Of a stretch of DNA of 64,000 nt, positions 51,010-62,215 are shown piece by piece. Where the stretch lies: assembly GCA_965113315.1 (NCBI GenBank), contig OZ220369.1; one strand, written 5' to 3'. Under the pieces are notes generated by a model. That model worked only from the letters and a program-made list of their open reading frames with translations. It had not been told where the DNA came from and ran no database searches. A program made the translations under genes and the position numbers. The stretch is from Podarcis vaucheri. Lineage: Eukaryota. Every line of letters starts with the position of its first letter. Position 1 is the stretch's first letter.

Positions 51010-51350
51010 ATCAGGACAGATAAAAGTGCTTCTTCACACAGCACATAAACAGAAGGCAGTGATGGCCACCAACCTGGATGGGTTTAAAAGAGGAGTATAC
51101 CAGTCCATGGAGGGAGGATGGCTCTATTAGTGGGTCCTAGCCCATGTATGCCCTGCCTCCATGTTTGGTGGCAATAATGCTTCCGAAAACCAGTTGCTGG
51201 AAACCACAGGACAGTGGGAGAGTGCTTTTGTGTTCAGGTCCTGTTTGTGGGGTTCCCACAGGCAACAGGTTGGCCCCTGTGAGAACAAGGTTCTTGACTA
51301 GATGACGCACTGGCCTAACCCAGCAGACTCTTCTGATGTTTTTATGTTCT
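51010..51350 (+). mobile_element. CR1 3' fragment, followed by an inverted CR1 piece (about 51351-51432)
   Basis: GGCAGTGATGGCCACCAACCTGGATGG...TTATGTTCTT, then the reverse complement of the same motif. Confidence 0.75.
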
Positions 51351-51715
51351 TCATGAATTGGTCTAATCTGCTTCTGAAGCCATCCAAGTTGGCAGCCACC
51401 ACTGCTTCTTGTTGGAGCGAATTCCAAAGTTCCACGGGGCACTTTGTCAATTTGGGACACATTGTGATTGCAACATGCCTCCCTTCCCACCACCTTGCCC
51501 CTCCCCTTCCAAGTAATCAACAGCTCCAAGATAAGTGCCAGGGCTTCATATGAGAAGCAAAAGCAGATCCTATGCCAGCAGTCCCCCCCCCCCTGCCAGG
51601 AACAGCAGCCCCATCTGAAGCACCGACATAGGGCTGAGCCCATTTTTCCCACTCTTTTGAAGAAAGCCAACCTAAATATCTTGGCACATCCATCCCTGTG
51701 TAGGTGGTGAGAACA

Positions 51716-51786
51716 TGAGCGAAGACAACACCATGCTGGAATGCCTGGAGAGTCGCAGAGCAATTTATTCAGTAGCTTTTACAGAT
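51716..51786. repeat. 71-bp dispersed direct repeat, copy 2
   Basis: 69 of 71 identical to 46765-46835. Confidence 0.9.
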
Positions 51787-54252
51787 CATAATGTACTTTA
51801 GAAAATAAAAGAAAACAATATTGGGCGTCCTCCTCTGAATTTTGTAATGCAGTTCTCCAGCCAAGTAATGTGTACCCAAAAGCATATTCTAGCACAACAT
51901 GCGCATATAAACACATATATTTCTGAAAGCAACATACAAGAATGCAACACATTAGGGAAAATTGAATTGCAAACAATGTGTACTTTGGAGGAAATCCCAT
52001 ACTGTGTATTTTTTTTGGGAGAAATTTGCATCAAAACGCTAATGAATTTTCATGATGATTTTTAAAAAGCAAAGTGATGTGGAAATCTAGAGTAAGAAAC
52101 TGAGGAACTGAAATTGACATATTTGCCCATCTGTCTCCTGGCACTCCTTGAATAATTCCCAATATCATGCAAATCTCTCCACTCTTGATGATTTCACAGC
52201 ATTGCAGTGTTCAAAACTAACAGTCCAATCCTACACATATTAACTTACTCAGAAGAAAATATTCACCAAAATAATGTAACACTTACATGGGAGCCAGCCC
52301 CACTGAACGAAGTGGGACATACCTTGAAGAAACATGCATAAACTTACCCTGTCAACAAAGGGCAGAAACAGCCATGATACATTTATACAGGATCCTTATT
52401 CTCCCATGAAGCCTACATAGTGTCACAGCAAATTAAAAATTATTTCAGACATCCAGAAATAAGTGAGTTATTTGAAATATTCTAAAATGGCCACTGGTTC
52501 CAGGAGGATTTGGTTTTTTTAAAAAAGCATTGCAGAATCAAACCTTAATGTACTCTCAAGAAATAGTAATAATAATCCATAAAACAAACAACAACAAAAA
52601 TCAATCTTCCATCCAACTTAATTAATTGGTTGTTTGTTTAATTACAAATGCAGGTTTGATTTTGTTTTCATAAAATAAAAGCTCATCTCACGCTTTTTGA
52701 AGTATACAGTAATTAAGATCTGTCACCCTTAGTCCATGCTGGTAAAATTAAATGTGCTGAACAAAAAATAAAATGTGGGGATTGGACTATCAAATAGGAT
52801 TGTGATATCAAAGTCTACAGGAAAAGATGGGCTGAAGCAGAAACAGTCACACCACGAAGCAAATCCCTTCTGCAGACTTGGTTGGTATACAGCCAGCTTT
52901 TAAAAATAATAATAATAAGAAAAAAGTGCTTCTTTCTCTTTAAAACCCAGAAGGGGAAACTTGACATCTTTTATCAAAAAGACAGACAATTCTTATCCCG
53001 TGACAATTTGAGATTATGGATCCCAAGAGGCTTCCCTTACATTGGTATTTTATCACTGAAATCACAGCCGGCGCTGTTTATTTTCTGTACCTCCACATAG
53101 TTTTCAAGGTGTTGCCAGCAGGACCTCGACTGACACTGACATGTGTTGTCATATTGCAAGATCTGAAAGAAAACACCAGATAAATAAATATCAAGGGGTT
53201 CTTGATCTCCTGTTGCTTGCTGAGTTTTCGGAGACACCGGCGCTAGCTGATGCTCAAACCTTCCGTGTTTTGCTGGGGTCTCAAATGCACCAGTCTCAAG
53301 TTCTCTGGGAAATTAATTATTTCCCAGAGTTTTGCCGGCCTTTCCCCCTCAATTGTTTTCCTTTTCCCTTAAGGAGCTACATAGGTACAACTGCTTAGCT
53401 GTAAGCAGGGGACTGGCCCACAACTTCATTGGAATGTTTGGTGGCAAGGTAAGTGAGATGAGTCTGGAGAAGATTTGTTCAACCTGGACATTGCTGGACT
53501 CACATTAGCCCTAGCCAGTGTGGCTAATGGTCAGAAATGATAGGTGTTGAGGTCTAGTAGCACTTGGAAGGCAGGCACCAGGGTGATGAAAGATGGCCTG
53601 GAAGTATGGCTTTGGCCTAGACCATGGTCAATGGACCAACTGGGCATTCTTCCAGTCCTTGGTCCCCATCTATAAACACGGTGTAGATGTGGGAAACCTC
53701 AGCACCATCAAGCATGGTCAACAGACAGGGGCTCCTACTGTAATCATCATCATCATCATCTCAAAATTTTTTACAACAATAAATAAATCCTAGAATGCTA
53801 GAATTGTAGAACTGGAAGGAATCCCAAGAGTCATCTATTCCACCCCCTTGAAATGCAGGAATCGCAACAAGTGCTGGCCACTTGCAGTCAGAAGCAACCA
53901 GAACAAAACTAAAATAGAATAAAGTCAAAAGCTCGTTTGTATTTTGAAAAGGCAGGACTAAAACATACCACCCACTGAAGGAAGCCACAGATAATTATAA
54001 GCCAATGACCTGGAGGGGGAACGTTTTTTTTGCCTGGCACCTAAAGTAGAGATGGTGCCAGTTGAGCCATCCCAAGGAGAGCATTCCACAGGCTGGGAAC
54101 CATAGCTAAAAAGGCCTGTACTAGTGTTGCTACACTCTGTACCTCCTGTGGAGGGGTAGTTGATGGAAGTTACAGTTTAGTAACATCTGGAAAGCCAAGA
54201 GGGTCCCACACTTGTAGCAGTGGCTGTGTATGAATAGATACCTGTTCTAAAT

Positions 54253-54579
54253 TAGGGGCAGGCAATGTCAGGACCGAGACCCAAATGCAGCCCTCCAAGT
54301 CTTTCTATCTGGTCCCTCCATCACCTTCCTGGTCACATCCCCTCTCTCCACACCTCTCACCAACCTTGCCTTGCACATTCTTTGAGCATTCTTGAATTCT
54401 GAGAATGCCTCTTGCTTGCCTGAACAGAGGACAGAGAGAGGGTGAGAAGCCAGTCTCCTGTCTCCTGTAATATTTACATTAGTTGTTCCCGTTGTTGCAG
54501 TCACCACTTGCATGCAACCTCTGGAAGGTTGCTTAGAATGGAATACAACCCTTAGACTGAAAAGAGTTCCCTACCTCTG
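54253..54579. mobile_element. Old hAT MITE, 327 bp
   Basis: TAGGGGCAGG / CCTACCTCTG degenerate TIR; 8-bp TSD TTCTAAAT (54245-54252 / 54580-54587). Confidence 0.7.
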
Positions 54580-54727
54580 TTCTAAATTAACTTTAGAACT
54601 AACTACTGATGGAGAGAGCAGACTACCCACTCTTTGCACCTACATTCTTCCTAGGAAGGGTATCTGCTGCATTGCAATATATGATGGACAATATATGAAC
54701 GTAAGAAACAACCTTATATTGAGATAG

Positions 54728-54912
54728 GCTATTGGTCCATTTAGCTATTGGCCCATTAGTCATTTAGCTATGGGTGCATTCTGCCATTTATACATTAGTC
54801 TTGTTTAGATCCATTTAGCCATTGATGCACACTGGTCCACTTAGCCACTGGTCCATATGAACATATGAAACTACCATACAGTATATTTACACAGGTTTTG
54901 GTCCATTTAGCC
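54728..54912. repeat. Degenerate ~15-bp minisatellite (TGGTCCATTTAGCYA)
   Basis: Repeated TGGTCCATTTAGC, GATCCATTTAGCC and TGGTCCACTTAGCC units. Confidence 0.7.
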
Positions 54913-57676
54913 TTGTTTTGTCTACTTTGAGATCCTTTTAACTGGACACACCAGACTGACCCTAGGGCATTCTGGAGGTAAATCAGGTCCTCTGCTCTTG
55001 AACTACAGACCAGACCCCGGTGTTGCTCAACTACAACTCTTATCATTCCATGTTGGTTGGATTGGTGGGAGTTATAACCCAACGTTTGTAGGATCAGACC
55101 TTCCCTGCTTCTGATGCTACCAGTGGCTGCTTCCATGGATCTCTATCTCCCATCTATCCATTTGCTAATAAAATAAGTGAAGTCTTGACCCTATTCCTCC
55201 TCCAAACTCCAACAATCTGGTGCTCTGATCTTAGGAATGTTCCTTTCTGGCTGCAAAGGACCATTATTCACAAGGAGCAACCAACCCTGTGCACCAAGTC
55301 CTGCCAAGAAAAATGCCTCACCACCCACCATCCTGCCTCTAAGTTGTAATAGTTCATATAGACAACCATTTATTAAGTGATAACATGATCATGGCATACA
55401 TGCAGCCACTGGGTAAGCTGGTTTTCTGTGTTGTCTTGCCAGTTGATGAAGAAACTCTGACTGTTGATGTTTTTGGTGCAATACTCCCTGGAAAATAAAA
55501 GGGAGAAGGATATGACCTTTCACTATGAAATGTGGAGACTTCTTTCCTTTTCTTGGGAAAGCACTGGTCAAAAGGATGTGAGGGATGCCACTGGGCTTCA
55601 TGTATCTCAGTCACTTTGAGAGACTGAAGGATTCGGTCAGGCAGTGCAGATGGCTGCTAGCTGAACCATTTTGCCTCTGTTTCCCCTAACCAAAGATTGC
55701 CAAAATTGTGTATGGACCCCACCTATACCAGCTGTATTCCATCAGGAATCCAAATAAACAGGCTGTGGTGGATTGGCTCCTTCTCCCTCTCCAGCAGTGG
55801 TCTCATCTGCACTATACATTTAAAGAAGAATTTGCTGTCCCAGAGCTACAATTCCCAGAGTTCCTTGGGAAGAGGGACTGATAGCTAAACCACTCTGAGA
55901 ATTGCAGCTGTAGGAGGGGAATAGGGGGTCTCCTAGTGACTCTTGCACCTTTAACAAATGAGAGCTCTTGGAATTCCTTGGGGGAAGCCCATGTAAGGCA
56001 TGAATACGGGTTGGGTTTGTTCATATTCAATAAGCCTCCCACAAATGTCTAAGCAGGACACAATCTTCATTTTTATTCACCCTCACCTACCCTTAGTTTA
56101 TTTCTCAACATTTATATCTCACTTATTTATTTTAAAGGAAGTATCCCAATTGCCAAACAACGCCAAGGCAAAGAAAGTACCCTATACAAACAAAGAGATG
56201 GAAACCATGGCTGTTTAAAATGGAATCAAAGTGGTTGAAATGTGTGGAATGAATGTGGCCTTAGTTAGATCCAAGAATTTGAATATCACCTTTAAAAAAC
56301 CAAAACCAAAAAACCCAAACCTTTTTTTCAAAAGGTGGAGAAGTGTCCTGATTTCTTTGGAAAGGTTGGGTTATAAATATAAACATGCAAATGTACAAAT
56401 AATTCAACAACAACAACAACAGCAATGCTTTGTCCTAGGGTTGGAAGCAACGGTAGTGATGCAACCAAACCCAGCACACAGCGGAGAAGCTGTCTCTGCT
56501 ACTCCTCGATGTGTCAGTTGAAATGTCACTCAGGTATCTTCCCTCTGGATTTTTCTCCCTCTTGGGATCGAGTAGTACACAAGAATGACCCATCCCCGGC
56601 GTACTGGTATTCTGAAACTCATGATTTGTCATGGTTGCAAACCTCAAAAGCCAGGCTTGAGCTGTGTGAGAACAGCAGGTTCTACATGGCGGCTCCCCTG
56701 TGGCTTCACCAGCTTTGCTTTGCTGACTATCAGGAGGGAGGGATAGAGGCTTTGGTTCTCTTTCCTTTTATGTGTTGTTGTTTTTTCCCCCAAAGATCTA
56801 ACTCTTTGAAAAAAAAATGGGGGTGGGGGTAAGGAAGGCTTTCACCTGAGCTGGCTTTCCTGATACTCTTTGTAGCTTTTGTATATAAGGGGGTACTTTT
56901 GAAGTGATGTACAAAGAAAGTGCATGTTCCCGAATCGATAATGCTTTAGTTTCTCATAAAGGTGGGGAGCTGGACCAGAAGCAGCTTTTGGTGATTTACA
57001 GGGTGACCTAATTTACCCCTACAGCCTTGCTGAAAAAACCCAACAGTAAGGTGCTTAGATGTCAGCATAGAACATAAGAAGAGGCTGCTGTATCAGGAAA
57101 ATGGGCCATCTAGTCAAGCATTCTGTTCCCACAGTGGCCAAATAGATGATCCAGTGGCCAACCAGATTATTTTGGGGGGTTCACAGACAGGGCATGAAAG
57201 CAACAGCCCTTCCTTCCTGTTACTCATAAGAACATTTGAGGAGCCCTACTAGATCAGACCAAAACCCGTCTAATCCAGCATCCTGTTTCCAAAGTGGCCA
57301 ATCAGATGCCTATGGGAATCCTTAAGCAAAGCCCAAGAACAACACCCAGTAGGGTGGGTCTTGGATAAGGTGGATACCCAGGCAATTTTTGGCACTTCCT
57401 TGTTTGCAACTAGTCTTAGGCCAGTCTGCATTGTGGTTGTGAAAGCTTGTTGGAGCCATTGGCTATTGCCACGACAGTTTTGCAGCAGGAGGTCCTTATG
57501 CTGGGGTTATGTAGGAGATGGTGACATATGCATGCATGCAGGGAGAAGGTAGCAATGGTGTGGTCTGCATGGTACCATGTGGCATAGGCCTCCCATGCTC
57601 TGCCTAGGCTCAATGAAGATGAGTCATGCTGTGCTTCACACTCTAAGGATGGAGGAAACTGCATTCTACCAAGTCT

Positions 57677-57877
57677 GGGGAAGGGCAATGGCTCAATGGT
57701 AGAGCACCGACATTTTCATGCAGAAGGTCTTAGGTTCAATCTCCAGCATTTTCAGGTAGCGCTGGGATAAGACCCCTGTCTGAAAATTCTACAGACCTGC
57801 TGCCAGTCAGCATGTAGATAATGCTGAGCTAGAGGGACCAATGGTCTGACTCAGTATAAGGCAGCTTCCTGTGTTTC
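57677..57877 (+). mobile_element. tRNA-derived SINE (Squam2-like), full length
   Basis: GGGGAAGGGC..GCTCAATGGTAGAGC head; GGTTCAATC B box; tail GACTCAGTATAAGGCAGCTTCCT. Confidence 0.82.
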
Positions 57878-59574
57878 CCCCAACTTATTCATTCGGCATC
57901 TTCATTATGCAGCGGAAGACACACTTCCCCCCAGTTTTTGACATTGAAGATGCATATTTTTAGGACCCACCTTATTTCAGAGATCAGAACTGTGGTGCTA
58001 GGCTTTATGCTTCTGCATATGCAGGCAAGAATCTTCATGTGCAGAATACAGAGTTTAGAACTGACCTTCAGGCCACTTTCATCCAGTTTGGGACCTTTTT
58101 GAATTCCGAGTGGTAATAGGGAGAAAGGAAGATCATTTCTGTCTCGTGTTGAATGCAGCACTCAGCCCTTCTTGCAACACGTCCTCCTCAGCACTCTTTA
58201 CACACATTAGCTAATGATCCTTATTTCTAATTAGTAGAAATTGACTATGGTCAAAAGGGACACTTGAGTCAATTAGCCAAATTATATATTCAAATCTCTG
58301 AGCTCCTGACCCGGAGCTTTTGAACAGCTGATGAAGACATCACTAGGCAACTGTACAGCACCCAAATTAAAGTCTCTTGACTAAAGTGTAGCAGGGTGAA
58401 GAATACGACTGTAAGAAAGTGTATCTAATCTTATCATTCTGGAATGAAAGCTTTCCCCTTGAGACGGAAGCATGAAAAAGGAAAGGTCTGGTTCAGAAAT
58501 CCCTCTATTCATAACCACTTGTCCCATTTCAGTCACTTCATATTAAATTCTTTTCCATATTTAGTGTGTGGGGAGTGTGTGTGTCAGTAGATGGTCAATA
58601 GGCCATGGCACCTAGGCATAAGGAGGTGTCATTGAGAGCATTTTGCCAACTTCAGAGACTGGAAAGTCCTGTTCTGGCATTGTTCAAAGCAGGAAGTGGC
58701 AAGAAGTAGGTAAGTAAGTGCAATTTTCCATTCTAGAATTAAAACTTTCCTCCTCACTTAAAATTTGGTGTGGGGTCCTTCAAGTGTGGTTGGGGTCCAT
58801 AGGTCATAGTCAGGGAATGTGGAAGCCATAGTCAAACCACACCCAGATGGTGACAATTTCCCTATCACCCACTTTCAATGATGCATGCATATGGCTTGTC
58901 TTTTGCTACCATTGATCCTTGTAACCTTGGTGGCAGAAAAGACATTTTCTTTTGGATGCAAAAACTGGACCTTAGCAAGCAGTCTCATAATGAAATGGAT
59001 GGAGGCCATCATCAGTTGGTCTGCCAACAATTCCATGTCATACCAAATGTCACCTGACTGGTACATATTTATTGTGCCAACCTTGATCTTTGGTTGCAAA
59101 CAGTTTATTTGACTCTACAAAACCCCCAAAATCAATAAAGGGGCATACCTAGATTTTGATGGCATTGGTGAATGTAATACTCATAAATGTGAGTAGTTAT
59201 CTTAATCCACTATAAGTGCTTTTAAAATGCAGGTAGTATCATCCTCAACTAATTCTGATCTGTATCTCTCTAGAGAGGGAATTTTGCTTTGGCATTTGCA
59301 CTATTTCCTTTTGTAATTATACATTATAATTGACTCAGGAGAGTAAACAGTAAAGGCCTGGCTCGTGTTTGTTCTAGATAGTGCAGGGATGGGAACCTGT
59401 GGCCCTTCAGAAGCTGCTGGACTACAAGTCTCATCATCCCTGACCATCACCCTTCACCAGTGGCCATGTTGCCTGGGCTGATGGGCATTGGAACCCAACA
59501 TCTGGAAGGCTGCAGGTTCTCCATCCCTAAGAAAGTGTTTTCATCCAACTGATTTCCTGATAAAACTGCTAGCA

Positions 59575-59675
59575 AAGCTAAGCAGGGTCCTGCATGGTTT
59601 CAAATTGGATGGGAGACCACGCGTTGAGATGATGACCCTTGAAGTCCCTTCTAACACTACAGTTGAATGATTCAA
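59575..59675 (+). mobile_element. 5S rRNA-derived SINE remnant adjoining a CR1-type tail
   Basis: AAGCTAAGCAGGGTC...TTGGATGGGAGACC match 5S boxes A and C, then GATGACCCTTGAAGTCCCTTC (CR1 3' end). Confidence 0.6.
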
Positions 59676-61849
59676 TGTTTGCATCACCAGAATAACAAAT
59701 CTGTTGATCTTTGGTTGTCATATTTTTTTCCTAAAATATATTATTTGGTTATTCCTTAGGTTTCCCAACAATGGTACAAGCAAGAACAAAACAAAAGAAC
59801 CACATCTTGTACAACCCATCGTAGTATGGCCTCCTTTGTCATAAGGCAATAAAGCAATGTCACCACTCTCCGAAACCATTGGTGAGACTAAGTGCTTCTT
59901 TGAAGTACCCTTGGTTGCAGTTTTGCCAGATTAAATAAAAAGTCTCCCACTTCCCCATGTGGGAAGAAGACAAGAGCCAATGTTAAAATGTTTAGTGCTC
60001 TTTGGACAACAGGACACTAGAAATAAGCAATGTAGTGCTGGACTGAAAATTCTTTGGGGTTTTCCTTCTTCTTTTGACCATTTACTGAAAGTTCGGTTCA
60101 GTTTGCATGGAGAATTTACCTAATTTGTGCACTCCAAAACAATGCACAAACCCAACTGCAGCTGTTTGCTGCAATTCTCACTCCTGATTTTGTGATGCAT
60201 TCCTCCGACCCAAAGCTATGTGTAATTAAAGCTTGCAAAAATTATTGCTTGCCTTACCAGTAGCTTCTTGTATGCTGCTATTTCCACATCGTCTCCGAGA
60301 AGATCTTAGTCAAGTAATAAATGGGCATATAAGAAATGTGGGGACTAATCTTTAAGTGGATTATATTAAAAAATCACAAACTGATGTGGAATGTGGAAGA
60401 TTGGAAAAATGGGAGGGGAGTAGGAGAGAGAAATTAACACTCGCTCAATTCTCCTGCTACCCCCCTGTTGTTGCTGCCCATTGCTGTTCATTGCTGTTCA
60501 GCTGCCTACTTTGAGCATGCAAGCAAACAGTAGCAAGAGTGAAGAGACTGAAAAGGATTTCCTGCCTACCTTGTGCTCACTTTGCTGGGTAGTTGTAAAT
60601 AGAGTGCTTGAAATGGACAGAAAAGGCAATGGAGAAGGAGAAGCTCCTGCTGGCCTCCTTTCCAATCCTGAATTCACCCCTGGTGGTAAGTTAGCAATTT
60701 ATGTGAAGAGCTATAAGGAGATGACTTGTTTATGTTGCGGGAAGAGTGAATACTTTAACCCTGAACAACAGTTTGTGTACTCCAGGAGATTAATATCTAC
60801 ATTGCATGGGCTTGCTGTGAATAAATTAACTCTTGACTACACAATTACTGTCTTAGCGGTGTTCATTGCAGACAATTACATGGTGCATACGATATTTAAT
60901 GTAGTTTTGTGATGAATTTCGGAAATGATCGAGTCAGATGACAGAGCCTCATTCCGTGTCACACTAGGACACCAATAAGCTGCTGATTATCTGTAAGGAG
61001 AAATGTAAATCATCTGTTCTCTTTGTAATGAGAACAATACTGGGCTAATCATTCATAAAGAATAATTTATCTCCCCATTTATTTACTTATTTAGTTCCCC
61101 TTTACTACTTTGGCCTACAGACTATTGATCATTCATCTGGTAGTTGGTTCCAAAGATGTTGAGAAGATGGGATTAAAGATAGCACCAAGCAGGCTAGCAA
61201 GCAAGCAAAAAACCCACACCAGTAATTAGTATTTTGCCATATTATTATGGTGTGTAAATATTCATTGGCAAGTCTTAGTTATATGTCTATCTTTCAGTGG
61301 ACAGAGTATGGAGGAGGAAAATTAACATATTGTTATCTGAGCTGAGCACTTAAAGTCGCTTTTGATCCCTGTAAATAAGTAATAAGATAAAGCAAACACC
61401 TGGACCTGAATAAATATTCCCTCTCTCTCTGGGGTAGACAATCCAGTATCCTCCAGAGGTTGCTAAACTCCAGCTTACATCAGCCCTAGTCAGCACTGCC
61501 AATAGTCAGGGGATGATGGGAAACATAATGAAACAATATTTTGAGGGTGCTATGTTAGTTATCACCTATCTGCCTATCTGTCAGGAATATTTGTTTGTTT
61601 GTATTTGCTTTATTTCACTTACTTATTTACTTACTTACTGGAGATAGTTAGCTACTGAAGGACAGTTTGTCTGAAAATAAATAAAACAAACAATACTCGG
61701 CCTACATCACTTCTGGAAGATCCAAGAGTTCAAGCTTTGGCAAGTCTCTAATGAAAGAAAGAACCAAAATCCAAAGGTGTTTTTAAAAGGTGTTTTAAAA
61801 AAACAGCCCCCCCCAAACCTCCCCTTTAATCCAAATCTATTATTATGAT

Positions 61850-62215
61850 TGAAATATACTCGGAGTCGCAAAGTGATTTCATGCTCTTTATTCAGCTCAT
61901 AGTGGTGAGGAGGAATGAATGAAAGTCCCCTCACAGTATCTGCTTTATATACACTATTTACACAATGGGCTGCACATGATTGGCTAATTCCGGAATTCTA
62001 CTGTAAGCCAATCAGGTTGTGGATTCACTTCTATCTGGAGCAGGATTGGGTGGTTCCTGCCAACCAATCATACTGCTGCATTGTTCTAGGACCAATCAGA
62101 CTGCTGCATTCTGAATCCTATTGTTCTAGGACTAATCAGACTGCTGCAATTTGGATCCTATTGTTCTAGGACCAATCAGACTGCTGCAGTTTGAATCCTA
62201 TTCAACTCAGTACAT
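61850..62215 (-). mobile_element. 3' LTR of the Gypsy element (outer end at 61850, or possibly 61846 or 61841)
   Basis: On the minus strand: three 40-bp CCAAT-type repeats, TATATAAA (61944-61951), AATAAA (61887-61892), ending ...TATTTCA. Confidence 0.85.
62081..62200. repeat. Three 40-bp tandem repeats in LTR U3
   Basis: TTGTTCTAGGACCAATCAGACTGCTGCA..TGAATCCTA units at 62081, 62121 and 62161, plus a partial unit at 62063. Confidence 0.95.

Noticed and set aside
46765-51786. A 5-kb LTR element bounded by the two 71-bp repeats
   Set aside because: No TSD, primer-binding site, polypurine tract or gag/pol; the interior is ordinary old repeats. Kept only as an unexplained duplication.
59575-59618. 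5S rRNA gene
   Set aside because: Only about 45 nt of diverged internal control region is present; the 5' and 3' parts are missing.
59760-59853. Possible terminal coding exon (CCTTAG|G...FPNNGTSKNKTKEPHLVQPIVVWPPLS* then AATAAA)
   Set aside because: Weak pyrimidine tract, unrecognised peptide and no linked upstream exon; compatible with chance. RNA-seq would be needed.
1-61800. The many 60-200 aa ORFs in the six-frame track as host genes
   Set aside because: No recognisable domains. Many begin at non-ATG codons, lie in TEs or microsatellites, or span the N gap. This is the expected background in vertebrate non-coding DNA.
62063-62200. CRISPR-like repeat array (also considered for 20408-20537 and 54728-54912)
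   Set aside because: These are tandem units with no unique spacers and no cas genes, in vertebrate DNA.
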